Shown one piece after another: positions 1 to 8,774 of a stretch of DNA of 54,470 nucleotides. Below the pieces are notes generated by a model. That model saw only the letters and a list, made by a program, of their open reading frames with translations. It was not told the DNA's origin and made no database searches. Each line of letters begins with the position of its first letter. The stretch's first letter is position 1. This DNA is from a virus (taxonomy: Duplodnaviria > Caudoviricetes). The stretch is taken from positions 1 through 54,470 of the IMG/VR virus record IMGVR_UViG_3300030107_005947. One strand, 5' to 3'. The position numbers and the translations under genes are program-made.

Positions 1-23
1 AAAGAAAATATTATGTTTTTCAT
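1..23 (-). CDS. 5' end of a possible gene running off the window (MKNIIFS...)
   Basis: ATG at 23 lies 5 nt after a TATAAT of the late-type motif; frame open to the window edge. Confidence 0.3.
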
Positions 24-27
24 TAGT

Positions 28-37
28 AATTATACTT
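28..37 (-). promoter_or_regulatory. late-type promoter variant AAGTATAATT
   Basis: 8/10 match to the recurring TAGTATAATA motif; intergenic. Confidence 0.4.
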
Positions 38-44
38 ATTACCT

Positions 45-1211
45 CTAGCTTTTTTTCTTAAACTTTTTTAATGCTTCAGCGATTTTATCTCGTTTTTTAT
101 CACCAGGAGAACCTTCTTTAAAGTTCTTGTATCCCATTCGTTTTGCTTGTGCAGTCGCTACTGCAAAAGGATTTGTTACTTGTTTTTTTAACCATTTAGT
201 AAGTTCTTTTGATTTAGAAACATCTTCATAATCTTCCCATTCAAAAACAACTTTCTCCTTGTTTCTCATTAATCCAGTAGCATACTCTATGGCTTCTTGA
301 AGTCCTGCATCTGAGTAATCAAAATCTTCACCATTTACACTACCTTTATTAATCCATTTATTAAAAGAAGTTAAATAGTCTACTTTTCCATCTTTATAAA
401 GCAATTTTATTGGAGTATAGGAAACTACTTCTTTTTCGATAGTACAATCACAAGTTTCTTCTTTTTCTATAAGGCAACTACCATCAATACAGGAAGTTGT
501 TGCTGGTTCATCTGCTTTTAATATTTCAAAAGATGCTTCTTGATTTACACCTTTTTGACATATAGTAACCTCAGCTAATTCCAGTTTATTTACTTGCATA
601 ACATCTAATAAACCTTTTTTAACTGTTTCAGTTTCTATGGCACTACCAGCAATGCTATATGATTGCATTTCGCCTTTTGCTATTTGATCTCTAACCCTTT
701 CAGAAATTTTTGTATCATTCCTTAATTCAGTTATAAAGAATAAACCCTCATTATTAACACCAGACTTAAACACATTCCCAGATTTTGATATGTAGGCAGG
801 TAATGCCCAACCAATCTGAACGTCAGAATGTAAAACCATAGCGTTTCTTGTTCGTATATTTGACATATATTTCTCGAAAGCTGGTTCCAATGCTGAGGTT
901 AAAATTAAGTGTCCTTCTCTATCAATTATTTCAACAGAAGCTGGACCACCTATAACTAAATCATCATTATCTTCTAAATTTAAATTCTGCATTGCTTTTT
1001 GATATTTTTTGTTGTCGGGATATGCCCTAGCTAAAGTTAAAACTTCAGCAGGAGTAGAAAATCCACCCATAAACAATCTTTCGTATTCATCTAACGCTTC
1101 ACTAATATCTCCATAAGACGCTTTACCATCAATCGCTTTTTCTAGAAAAACAATCTCTGCTTCTGTATCTATATCTTGTATGTATGTTGATACTTTGATA
1201 TCGGTAGTCAT
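45..1211 (-). CDS. prohead maturation protease (HK97/S78-like) with N- and C-terminal extensions
   Basis: GPASVEIIDREGH, catalytic-type H in VLHSD, SYSIAG, LAEVTIC..GVN.EASF motifs; start MTTDIK overlaps upstream stop (TAATG). Confidence 0.85.
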   Translation of the reverse strand: MTTDIKVSTYIQDIDTEAEIVFLEKAIDGKASYGDISEALDEYERLFMGGFSTPAEVLTLARAYPDNKKYQKAMQNLNLEDNDDLVIGGPASVEIIDREGHLILTSALEPAFEKYMSNIRTRNAMVLHSDVQIGWALPAYISKSGNVFKSGVNNEGLFFITELRNDTKISERVRDQIAKGEMQSYSIAGSAIETETVKKGLLDVMQVNKLELAEVTICQKGVNQEASFEILKADEPATTSCIDGSCLIEKEETCDCTIEKEVVSYTPIKLLYKDGKVDYLTSFNKWINKGSVNGEDFDYSDAGLQEAIEYATGLMRNKEKVVFEWEDYEDVSKSKELTKWLKKQVTNPFAVATAQAKRMGYKNFKEGSPGDKKRDKIAEALKKFKKKS

Positions 1212-2140
1212 TAGAACGAACTTCCTCCCCAAATAACGCCACTAACTGTCGGAGTATTTTGTGCCGCTATTAATGTAATTTTTTGCGTAAAGTGTAGTGG
1301 GAAATTAGTCTGGAATGTATCGCCACCGACAATTGGTATCCCACTATCCTCATCAGCGGCATCATTATCAAATCCTACATAAACAATATCGGCTGCTGTA
1401 CCACTTTCATTCTTGATAGTTATACCTCGAATAATGCTCATAGCGTGTCTTTTATAGGATTCAGAAGCATTTGCTGTCCCAGTCCAGAAATGATTGATTC
1501 CGAATGATCCATCAGTGTAATCCGATACTGCTGTGGTATCATGTCGTAATTCAAATTGAAATTTATCTAAATACCAGTTGATATTATGTTGAGTATTGGA
1601 TACTACATATAATCGATAAGTTGTAGCTGCTGTTAGTGGTGGGATAGTGTATTGTGCTGTTATTCTTCTCCAACTAGTTGCTAAGTTATCACTACCTGAG
1701 GTAGCGTGTATTGTTGTACCTGATGAATCTCTAATATCAATTTTTACGTTGCCAGAAGCTGATGCTCCTCTATGTTCAACGGCTACTGTTAAGAATTGAG
1801 GCTTTGTGCTTATTGGTATAGTAGTGCTTTCCCAGTACATACCTTCACCAGCTGCTGAGTTTGCTGGATTAACAAGCAACGATGCTGCACCAACAGATTG
1901 TTGACCAGTATCTCTTGATATCGCTGAACCTGTAGCAGTAAACATTGATATTGTAGAGCTTTCAACTCTTGGATTTGTAACAAGGTTAGTCGCAGTTTCA
2001 CCTCTAGCAACTGTAAACAAAGTACTTAGGGTGGTAGAAGTTGCCTCTCTAAAAGGTTGGTACTTTGTGTGTGGGTGCGTAGAGGTTCTTGTAGAGCCAT
2101 CGAACTCAAACTGTTTAACTGTTGTATGATCGAATAACAT
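1211..2140 (-). CDS. virion structural protein with carbohydrate-binding-module-like domain
   Basis: NLVTNP.VE ... SWRRITAQYT ... WYLDKFQFE jelly-roll pattern; Thr/Ser/Gly-rich; in head module. Confidence 0.55.
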   Translation of the reverse strand: MLFDHTTVKQFEFDGSTRTSTHPHTKYQPFREATSTTLSTLFTVARGETATNLVTNPRVESSTISMFTATGSAISRDTGQQSVGAASLLVNPANSAAGEGMYWESTTIPISTKPQFLTVAVEHRGASASGNVKIDIRDSSGTTIHATSGSDNLATSWRRITAQYTIPPLTAATTYRLYVVSNTQHNINWYLDKFQFELRHDTTAVSDYTDGSFGINHFWTGTANASESYKRHAMSIIRGITIKNESGTAADIVYVGFDNDAADEDSGIPIVGGDTFQTNFPLHFTQKITLIAAQNTPTVSGVIWGGSSF

Positions 2141-2152
2141 TAAATTCTCCTC

Positions 2153-2416
2153 TTATTTATTCATTAGATTTATCATCGCGGCTATACTCCCTAAGATTGC
2201 TGTGGTATGAAGTGCAATAACCCCTAAGGCTATCATTAAGACTCTGGCTCCATAAATCTTAGTTCTCCAAGCATTTATATCGCTTATTTGTTCGTTAGCA
2301 TTATCCAAACTCTCTTTTAATGAAGTATTTATGTCTGTTTGTTTATCTATATAAGAATCTAAACGTTCCATATAAACTGCAAGATTTACTTCTGTTTGGA
2401 TAGCATCACGAGCCAT
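2153..2416 (-). CDS. small membrane protein, holin/XhlA-like
   Basis: N-terminal coiled coil plus C-terminal hydrophobic segment VLMIALGVIALHTTAILGSIAAMI. Confidence 0.45.
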   Translation of the reverse strand: MARDAIQTEVNLAVYMERLDSYIDKQTDINTSLKESLDNANEQISDINAWRTKIYGARVLMIALGVIALHTTAILGSIAAMINLMNK

Positions 2417-2453
2417 TTCACTTCCTTATATAATTAAAATTTATCATAAATAG

Positions 2454-2479
2454 TAGCCACCCCTTAATAGAGGTGGCTA
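2454..2479 (-). terminator. hairpin, probable terminator
   Basis: TAGCCACC/GGTGGCTA inverted repeat just downstream of 2495..3151. Confidence 0.55.
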
Positions 2480-2494
2480 TCTAAAATTACTTAA

Positions 2495-3151
2495 TTATGC
2501 TGGATAACCATAAAGGGTAATCCTAAATATTCCAGCTGTATAATCAGCATCAGTAGTTCCACCACCACCGACTAAATACAAGTATTCGTCAGCAGCTGGG
2601 GACGCTGTTAATCCAGCACTGTTATACTGATTAGCTGAAAGTCCTGCTATCCAATCTTGACCAGCAGTTAATAGGGCTGTTTCTGTAAGGGAACTAATTG
2701 CTCCATCTTCAACTCCAGTACCTTCATCAGCTGAATATAAATCGATATCAGGCTCACCACCTGCAGGAGTTTCTAAACAAGTCATTTCTCCAGCAAATAT
2801 TGTTCCATTAAGGGCTGCTGTTATTTGTCCTATATGACAAACATTGGAAGTACCATTTACACCAATTATATCTCCAGCTGCTGTATTTCTTAGACCTGTT
2901 AAATCTATCAGAATAGTTGTGGTTATCAAATCTCCAGCAACTTCTACATTAGCCTTATAAACAGTTCCAGTGCCGCCAGTAATCCCAGTACCAGCAGACA
3001 TATTTTGCATTCTAAATGCAGTTTCATCTGTGCTACCGAAAAGCAAAGTTTCAGCATCAGCCAGATAATTCCAGTCATACCCCAACGCACTTCGGGCTAT
3101 AACCCTTGTGTCGCCAGTGATATCACTTTGTTTAAAAGTATGTTTTACCAT
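2495..3151 (-). CDS. putative head decoration/structural protein
   Basis: Gly/Thr/Ala-rich beta-type protein downstream of the major capsid gene; GGAG RBS. Confidence 0.5.
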   Translation of the reverse strand: MVKHTFKQSDITGDTRVIARSALGYDWNYLADAETLLFGSTDETAFRMQNMSAGTGITGGTGTVYKANVEVAGDLITTTILIDLTGLRNTAAGDIIGVNGTSNVCHIGQITAALNGTIFAGEMTCLETPAGGEPDIDLYSADEGTGVEDGAISSLTETALLTAGQDWIAGLSANQYNSAGLTASPAADEYLYLVGGGGTTDADYTAGIFRITLYGYPA

Positions 3152-3165
3152 TTTTTATTCTCCAT

Positions 3166-3366
3166 TCATTCTATGATCGTACTATTCATATCATTTTGAA
3201 TATTTCTACTGGATCTCCATATAGCTTGTTTTATAGACTTTTTCAGTGCTATCGTTGAAGAAGTATCTTCTAATGATGCCTCCATCAAATTCATCACTTC
3301 TCCTACTAATCGTTTGCTATGAATGTCTACGCTTTGAAAAACATTTTCTAGATATACAGTTTTCAT
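3166..3366 (-). CDS. hypothetical helical protein, paralog of 6740..6952
   Basis: HSKRLVGEVMNLMEASL..LKKSIKQ vs HSRMVGKVLDLVEASL..LKKLVQQ. Confidence 0.65.
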   Translation of the reverse strand: MKTVYLENVFQSVDIHSKRLVGEVMNLMEASLEDTSSTIALKKSIKQAIWRSSRNIQNDMNSTIIE

Positions 3367-3395
3367 ATTCCCATTACATTACATAAATAATTAAT

Positions 3396-3421
3396 GGGTG
3401 GAGGATAGAATCGCTCCACCC
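3396..3421 (-). terminator. hairpin after major capsid gene
   Basis: GGGTGGAG/CTCCACCC stem followed by an A/U-rich tract on the minus strand. Confidence 0.6.
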
Positions 3422-3434
3422 TTTAAAGTCAATT

Positions 3435-4775
3435 CTAGGTATTAAGATCAGCAATTTTTGCCTGATGTGTAAATGTCTTACAACGTAATTCAGCCATTGT
3501 ATAGATTAAACCTCTAACAACTAAGCTGTTAGCTGCAAAGTAATCTCTATTTTCAATAGCTTGTGTTGGACTTGCAATTGCAACTTCCAAACTATTTGTC
3601 GAAAGTACATATACATTTGATCCTAACACTGCATCAGCACTTGATACGGATTTAGCAGTGTCTGCATCTGGTAGAATTGGTATACCCATATAAGTAGCAA
3701 GTACCATACCAGTTCTTGTTCCTGGGTAAGTTCTTTCATCACCAATACCTACGCTGAATTCTTCTTGCCCTAAATATCTTTGTTGGGAATTTAGGAGCCT
3801 CTCGAGTTTAAAGTATTGGTCATGGCCCATCAGGATAAGATCAGGTTCACCACCATTTTCTCGAATCTTTTGAATTGCTGTGTCGATAAGGTTAAGAGAT
3901 AAATCTCTACCAGTACCACTATTATAGGAAGTGTTTGCTGCTGCATTCCAACCACCTGCTGTTCTACCACCAAGTGTTAAGTCGTATGCTCGAACTCTTG
4001 AACTACCTCCACCTCCGACAGCATCACCATCTTCAGCAACGATATCATCAATAGAAGTTAAACCAGCCCTTTCATAAATGAAAACTACGTCTCCGTCTGC
4101 ATAAGTTGTTCCAGATGCTACAGTCATAGCACCAGTGGAAGTGTTTATTGCTGAAATTGCCGAACCAGAAGTTCTATCAAAACCAGTAGCTGAAGCATCA
4201 TATTGTGATACTTTGTCACCAATTCTAAAGGAACTGGTAGCTATTGCTGCTGGGATTGTTACTGATGTTGAACCACCAGCACTTGCCAAATAGGCACTAC
4301 CAGCGTTAAGTTGCTGTCCAACCTCTTTGATGTGGTCAGTTTCAGCATTTTCAGTTTCCATTCCCAGAACATCTCCGACACCACCTTCAAGTCCTGCTGA
4401 AAATATTGCTTTTACAGAAGCACCGAATGTAGTACCGACAATTCTAGGTAATGAACTAACTGTTTGAATAGCACTTACGTCTACAGTTGGGAGACTTCCA
4501 GTTTCAGTTATTGGTAAACTTCTATTGGAACCACGATCGGATCGTATTCTCCAACCTGCTGTGCTTCCCCAAACTGTTTTAGGTAGTGCGTTAAAAAATC
4601 GTGTTTTATTGTTTAATGAGTCAAATACCTTTTTGCCAAAGGTTGCAGTAAAAATACCAGTATCCGTGTCCACAGTAAAGTATGTCTGCTTTTGCAAATA
4701 ATCTTCACCAAATACGGATTGATATATTCCTTTTTTCGATTGGGCAAGGAACTCACTTAAAGATGGATTAGCCAT
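3435..4775 (-). CDS. major capsid protein (HK97 fold) with inserted beta domain
   Basis: 446 aa after scaffold gene; LIDTAIQKIRENGGEPDLILMG, TYMGIPILPD, ELRCK..HQAKIADL C-terminal pattern; followed by terminator. Confidence 0.85.
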   Translation of the reverse strand: MANPSLSEFLAQSKKGIYQSVFGEDYLQKQTYFTVDTDTGIFTATFGKKVFDSLNNKTRFFNALPKTVWGSTAGWRIRSDRGSNRSLPITETGSLPTVDVSAIQTVSSLPRIVGTTFGASVKAIFSAGLEGGVGDVLGMETENAETDHIKEVGQQLNAGSAYLASAGGSTSVTIPAAIATSSFRIGDKVSQYDASATGFDRTSGSAISAINTSTGAMTVASGTTYADGDVVFIYERAGLTSIDDIVAEDGDAVGGGGSSRVRAYDLTLGGRTAGGWNAAANTSYNSGTGRDLSLNLIDTAIQKIRENGGEPDLILMGHDQYFKLERLLNSQQRYLGQEEFSVGIGDERTYPGTRTGMVLATYMGIPILPDADTAKSVSSADAVLGSNVYVLSTNSLEVAIASPTQAIENRDYFAANSLVVRGLIYTMAELRCKTFTHQAKIADLNT

Positions 4776-4801
4776 TATATATTTCCCCTTTTAGCTTGTG
4801 A

Positions 4802-5500
4802 TTACTGACGCATAAGTTCGTTAGGAACTCCGTCAGTATCTCCTACTTGAATTTTATATTGTAAATTTCTTAACTCTCGATATGAAAGTTTAGATAGTTG
4901 ATCTATCACACCATCATTTGTATCTTCAGATTTTTTGATAGGAGTTTCTTCATCAACACCAATAGTAGAATCATATTTAATTAACTCTGGTGCTTGAAGT
5001 CCACTTTCCTCTCTAAATCCTAATTGACGTAATCGAGTAGTAGCTTCTTTTTCTATTTTCTCATCAATTCCTTTTTGAAGTTCATCGAGTTGATTTTTCA
5101 AAAAAGCAATCTCATCTTCTTGAGATTTCTTATAGCCCATTCCACCCTTTTCAGCTTCTTCTTCCTCTTCTTCTTCTTCATCTTCTTTAGTATCATGACC
5201 TTCAACGTGGTCTTTCTCTAAAGTAACCTTAACGTGATCCTCATCTTTTTCCAATACTACTTCCTCTTCAGAAGTTTCTTCTTTCGCAAGATTAAGTCCT
5301 GCAAGTGCTTCGGAGACTGCTTTTGAAATCATTTCTTGGATTTCAGTGCGTTGAACTTCGGCTTCTTCCTGAGCCTTAGCTATTTCAACAGCTTCTTCCT
5401 CTTTAGCAAGTCTTTCGTCCATTTTAGAAAGGACTTCAGCAACGGCTTGTAGGGCTAAAGTTACTCCTTCATTGGAACTTTGTACATTTTCATCAGACAT
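4802..5500 (-). CDS. capsid scaffolding protein
   Basis: very acidic coiled coil directly upstream of MCP; GGAGG RBS supports MSDEN start at 5500. Confidence 0.7.
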   Translation of the reverse strand: MSDENVQSSNEGVTLALQAVAEVLSKMDERLAKEEEAVEIAKAQEEAEVQRTEIQEMISKAVSEALAGLNLAKEETSEEEVVLEKDEDHVKVTLEKDHVEGHDTKEDEEEEEEEEAEKGGMGYKKSQEDEIAFLKNQLDELQKGIDEKIEKEATTRLRQLGFREESGLQAPELIKYDSTIGVDEETPIKKSEDTNDGVIDQLSKLSYRELRNLQYKIQVGDTDGVPNELMRQ

Positions 5501-5607
5501 TTTAACCTCCAGATGATGTATGTTTTTCACATAGAAGAATGGTCTTAGCCACTTCCGTTCTTCTAAAAATAAATAAATATAAACGCTTGTATAAAAACGT
5601 CTATACT

Positions 5608-5617
5608 TATTATACTA
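5608..5617 (-). promoter_or_regulatory. late-type promoter TAGTATAATA for scaffold-capsid operon
   Basis: exact copy of a 10-mer recurring in front of genes. Confidence 0.65.
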
Positions 5618-5664
5618 AAAAGCTAAAATTTTCTATTCAAAATGTAAAAAATTATACAAAAAGG

Positions 5665-5693
5665 TTGACATATTGCGAATAATAAAGTACCTT
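5665..5693 (+). promoter_or_regulatory. sigma70-type promoter
   Basis: aaaaaggTTGACA-N17-TACCTT. Confidence 0.7.
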
Positions 5694-5772
5694 TTACTTT
5701 AATTATGTATAAAATTCTACAGGAGGTTAGACACTACAGCTAAATAAAATTACAGTAAAAGGAGTTTTAATT

Positions 5773-5886
5773 ATGTGGGATAAATGGGCAGTAATAGAAC
5801 AAGCCACAGAAAAATTAGAAGATGAGTTAGGACGTGAGCCAACCCAAGAAGAACTATTGCAAGAAATAAAAAGAAGGAGCGTATAA
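5773..5886 (+). CDS. 37-aa mini-protein resembling sigma70 region 3 (not in ORF track)
   Basis: MWDKWAVIEQATEKLEDELGREPTQEELLQEIKRRSV; AAAGGAG RBS 8 nt upstream; downstream of promoter. Confidence 0.7.
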   Translation: MWDKWAVIEQATEKLEDELGREPTQEELLQEIKRRSV

Positions 5887-5887
5887 A

Positions 5888-6091
5888 GTGCGAACAGCGA
5901 CAAGACAAGAACGGGAACATTTTAGACCAGATGAACTTGACTATGAAACAAAAGAGCTTATAATAATATCTATGTGTAATGAGTTCGAAATGACCCGAAA
6001 GCAAGTTTTACAATCTTGGAAAGATGATAAAATGCAAATGAAACGAGATTGGCATTATGTAATAGATAATTATGTACCAGATTTTTCGTAA
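5888..6091 (+). CDS. hypothetical protein
   Basis: GTG start with AAGGAG RBS; followed by terminator. Confidence 0.65.
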   Translation: MRTATRQEREHFRPDELDYETKELIIISMCNEFEMTRKQVLQSWKDDKMQMKRDWHYVIDNYVPDFS

Positions 6092-6114
6092 GGTTTCACC
6101 TCCCTTATGAGTAT

Positions 6115-6143
6115 AAAACTCCCCTGAAAATGGGGAGTTTTTT
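6115..6143 (+). terminator. intrinsic terminator
   Basis: AAAACTCCCC-loop-GGGGAGTTTT followed by T run. Confidence 0.8.
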
Positions 6144-6162
6144 ATTTCTTTTTAAAAAAAGG

Positions 6163-6191
6163 TTGACAAATATTATTTTATGTTGTACCAT
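6163..6191 (+). promoter_or_regulatory. sigma70-type promoter
   Basis: aaaaaaaggTTGACA-N17-TACCAT. Confidence 0.75.
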
Positions 6192-6227
6192 GTATTCATA
6201 TTAAATAAATTATACAAGGAGTATAAC

Positions 6228-6683
6228 ATGAGTAAGCATATGATATTAATTAGTCCAGACACAAACCGACGTGAAGAACACACACAAATTGATCTTGCCA
6301 ACGGATGGAATGCCAACGATGAATTTTTTAACAACTTCATTAAAGATGAACCAAGATACCATACCTGTACTTGCAAGAACGCTAACCACACCATAATAGA
6401 GAGAATTGAATGTGAAGAAGTACTTGTTGAAGGGTTAGAAGCATTACACCGAAAGACTGGCTTAGAAGCATCAATTTTAATTGAAGATGCTATAGCTAAG
6501 ATTAAGAGATACCTTGCACCACACCAGTTTGAGAATCGAAAGAGTGGAGATTTAAACGACTTTGATACTAGAAGACAACCAATGGGAGATATTAACCACG
6601 GGCAATGGGCAATGTTACGATTAATGGAACTTTATGTAGCTTGTGTAAACAACCCAACCTACACAGTGTGGTACAGTTGCTAG
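6228..6683 (+). CDS. hypothetical phage protein
   Basis: AAGGAG RBS before MSKHM at 6228; own promoter and terminator. Confidence 0.7.
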   Translation: MSKHMILISPDTNRREEHTQIDLANGWNANDEFFNNFIKDEPRYHTCTCKNANHTIIERIECEEVLVEGLEALHRKTGLEASILIEDAIAKIKRYLAPHQFENRKSGDLNDFDTRRQPMGDINHGQWAMLRLMELYVACVNNPTYTVWYSC

Positions 6684-6705
6684 ACATAACATAGCTAAGG
6701 TAAAT

Positions 6706-6741
6706 AAAATAACTCCTCCGAAATATGGGGAGTTATTTTTT
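6706..6741. terminator. bidirectional intrinsic terminator
   Basis: AAAATAACTCC/GGAGTTATTTT stem between convergent genes. Confidence 0.75.
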
Positions 6742-6952
6742 ATTTGTCGTCTGGAGGAGAACCCTTGGCTTCTAGAATTAATATCTCATTTCTATAATCA
6801 TACATCGGTTGTTGTACTAACTTTTTTAATTTCTCTAATTGATTGCCTTCAGGTAAACTAGCCTCAACGAGGTCTAATACTTTACCTACCATTCGGCTAT
6901 GCTTTGCAATTATATATTCTTGATTTGGTGAAACTTTATTCATATCAACCAT
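6740..6952 (-). CDS. hypothetical helical protein, paralog of 3166..3366
   Basis: shared HS.R.VG.V..L.EASL motif; GGAGG RBS. Confidence 0.7.
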   Translation of the reverse strand: MVDMNKVSPNQEYIIAKHSRMVGKVLDLVEASLPEGNQLEKLKKLVQQPMYDYRNEILILEAKGSPPDDK

Positions 6953-6962
6953 TACTACCCTC

Positions 6963-7451
6963 CTAGGTTACTATACTTTTTGGCATATTATCTTGTATTA
7001 TTTGAGGTTGTCTGCTTTTGATTTTTTGAAATGCTCTTTCCAACCATGGGTTTGCTTTTATAGGTTGGCTCATATCAAAATTTCTCCAGCCGACACCTGA
7101 TATTTTTATAGGTTTAACATTACGCTGTTGTACTCTTCGGTGTTGTCTTACTGTATGCAGTTTTCTGGAATCATCTCTTTGATGTTCTCTAACAACTGAT
7201 ATCCAAGGATTTGGTCTTAGTGCTTCTCTTGTACCTTTATGAACTTCCATGGCATAAGGTGCATGGTACTTAATATTCCAACCATACGGGGTTACAACAA
7301 ACTCTGCTGAATTTTTTAGTCTACCAGAACTTACTGGGCAAGTTGCTTGTGCCTCGGCAAATACTTGTCTACCAACATCTATGAGATATTTTTTCATATC
7401 TCTATCTAGGTATTTAGAAACTCTTTTAAGTTTTCGAAATTGTCTAACCAT
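6963..7451 (-). CDS. HK97 gp10-like neck/tail-completion protein
   Basis: CPVSSGRLKNS, APYAMEVHKGT, ANPWLERA motifs; basic. Confidence 0.7.
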   Translation of the reverse strand: MVRQFRKLKRVSKYLDRDMKKYLIDVGRQVFAEAQATCPVSSGRLKNSAEFVVTPYGWNIKYHAPYAMEVHKGTREALRPNPWISVVREHQRDDSRKLHTVRQHRRVQQRNVKPIKISGVGWRNFDMSQPIKANPWLERAFQKIKSRQPQIIQDNMPKSIVT

Positions 7452-7456
7452 AACTA

Positions 7457-7466
7457 TATTATACTA
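7457..7466 (-). promoter_or_regulatory. late-type promoter TAGTATAATA, probably leaderless transcript
   Basis: TATAAT ends 6 nt before ATG 7451; no RBS; TAG doubles as upstream stop codon. Confidence 0.6.
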
Positions 7467-8774
7467 ATGAATCATGTTTGCCCACGTCGAATTTATAGAA
7501 TCATCAAATTTTTCATCGGACTTGTCATATTTAGAAAGATAAATAACTTCTTTACCTAGATATCCGTGCAGAGGATGCCAGTAGGTCGCTATTTGCTTAG
7601 GTTTTGTTGATACATGAAGTCTTTGGAGTGCAAACTCATCGACTCCTTTAACACAACCACAAATATGTAATTCACCAGTACCTATATCAGTTTCGTCAAC
7701 TCTATGGAAATGTCCAATCATCACAGAATCAAAATAATTAACCTTTCTTAATTCTTCTAATTCGATATTTAAATTATTTTTAGTTTGTAAGGCACTTCTA
7801 AGATTATTTACTGACCTAGAAACGGAAGTACTTGATCCCCCACCAGAAATGCTATCTCCGTGCATTATTAATATTCTATTATCATATACATTAAACACAT
7901 GGAGAAACGATTGTGGTATTTCAAATGTTATATTACTTTGATTCTTTAGCATAACAGAAATCCACTGATATAACATATAATCCCAATCGGTTGTTACTTT
8001 ATTTTTCATAGGAGGTTTAGCACTCATTCTCCCATGGTTGCCTACAACGCAAGGTATTCGTATCTTTTTGACGTGTGGTGCTAGTAGTAATATAGCTTGA
8101 CTTATTAAATAAGCGCCTTTAATCATTTGACCCATATTGTTTTCTATATTAGTTCTAGCCAATTCATCGTGAATATCCCCAGAAATCATATCGCCTAACA
8201 TAGGTATAACCAATTCTTCTATCTCAGTAATGTTTCTACGATAAGTGATTAAAGCGAGTAATTGATTTGCCCAACCATACAAACGCTTATTAAATAATTC
8301 CATATCATATGAATTTAAACCGACCATTTGTGCTGAATCAATATATTCGCCTATGTGAGTATCAGTTAAAGGGGCTACTACTGTTTGTGGGTGTTGTGTT
8401 TTTGAATCAAGAGGTTTTCTTTTTATTTGTGGCACTTCTTTGAAACTATTAGATACTTGTCTAATAACATCAGAAATTACTAAATTTTTAGTGGAGTTTT
8501 TTACAGTGGTGTTATAAAGTTTTCGGAAATATACTGCTTCTGCTTTCCATGCCTCAAGTTTTTTATCAGCTTTATTTAGTTTATCTCTAAGAGTTTCATC
8601 TGGACTTAAATAATCCGTAGGAGTTTGTTCCCAAAAAGCTCGATCGTGCCATCTTTTTACTGTTTTTCGACTGATTAGTATTCCATGTATCTCGTAAATT
8701 TTTCTCGATATTCTCTCCCAACTCAGCCCCTCTGCTCTCAAATCTATGATATCTGATATCGCCTCTGAACTCAT
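7464..8774 (-). CDS. calcineurin-like metallophosphoesterase with N-terminal HTH and coiled coil
   Basis: TDTHIG, GDMISGDIH, GNHGR, MHGD, GHFH motifs. Confidence 0.85.
   Translation of the reverse strand: MSSEAISDIIDLRAEGLSWERISRKIYEIHGILISRKTVKRWHDRAFWEQTPTDYLSPDETLRDKLNKADKKLEAWKAEAVYFRKLYNTTVKNSTKNLVISDVIRQVSNSFKEVPQIKRKPLDSKTQHPQTVVAPLTDTHIGEYIDSAQMVGLNSYDMELFNKRLYGWANQLLALITYRRNITEIEELVIPMLGDMISGDIHDELARTNIENNMGQMIKGAYLISQAILLLAPHVKKIRIPCVVGNHGRMSAKPPMKNKVTTDWDYMLYQWISVMLKNQSNITFEIPQSFLHVFNVYDNRILIMHGDSISGGGSSTSVSRSVNNLRSALQTKNNLNIELEELRKVNYFDSVMIGHFHRVDETDIGTGELHICGCVKGVDEFALQRLHVSTKPKQIATYWHPLHGYLGKEVIYLSKYDKSDEKFDDSINSTWANMIH

Noticed and set aside
5155-5190. (TCT/TCC)n short repeat
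   Set aside because: Simply encodes the poly-Glu tract of the scaffold protein
5705-5743. 12-codon ORF MYKILQEVRHYS with an internal AGGAGG
   Set aside because: No RBS, too short to support, and the AGGAGG has no start codon at usable spacing
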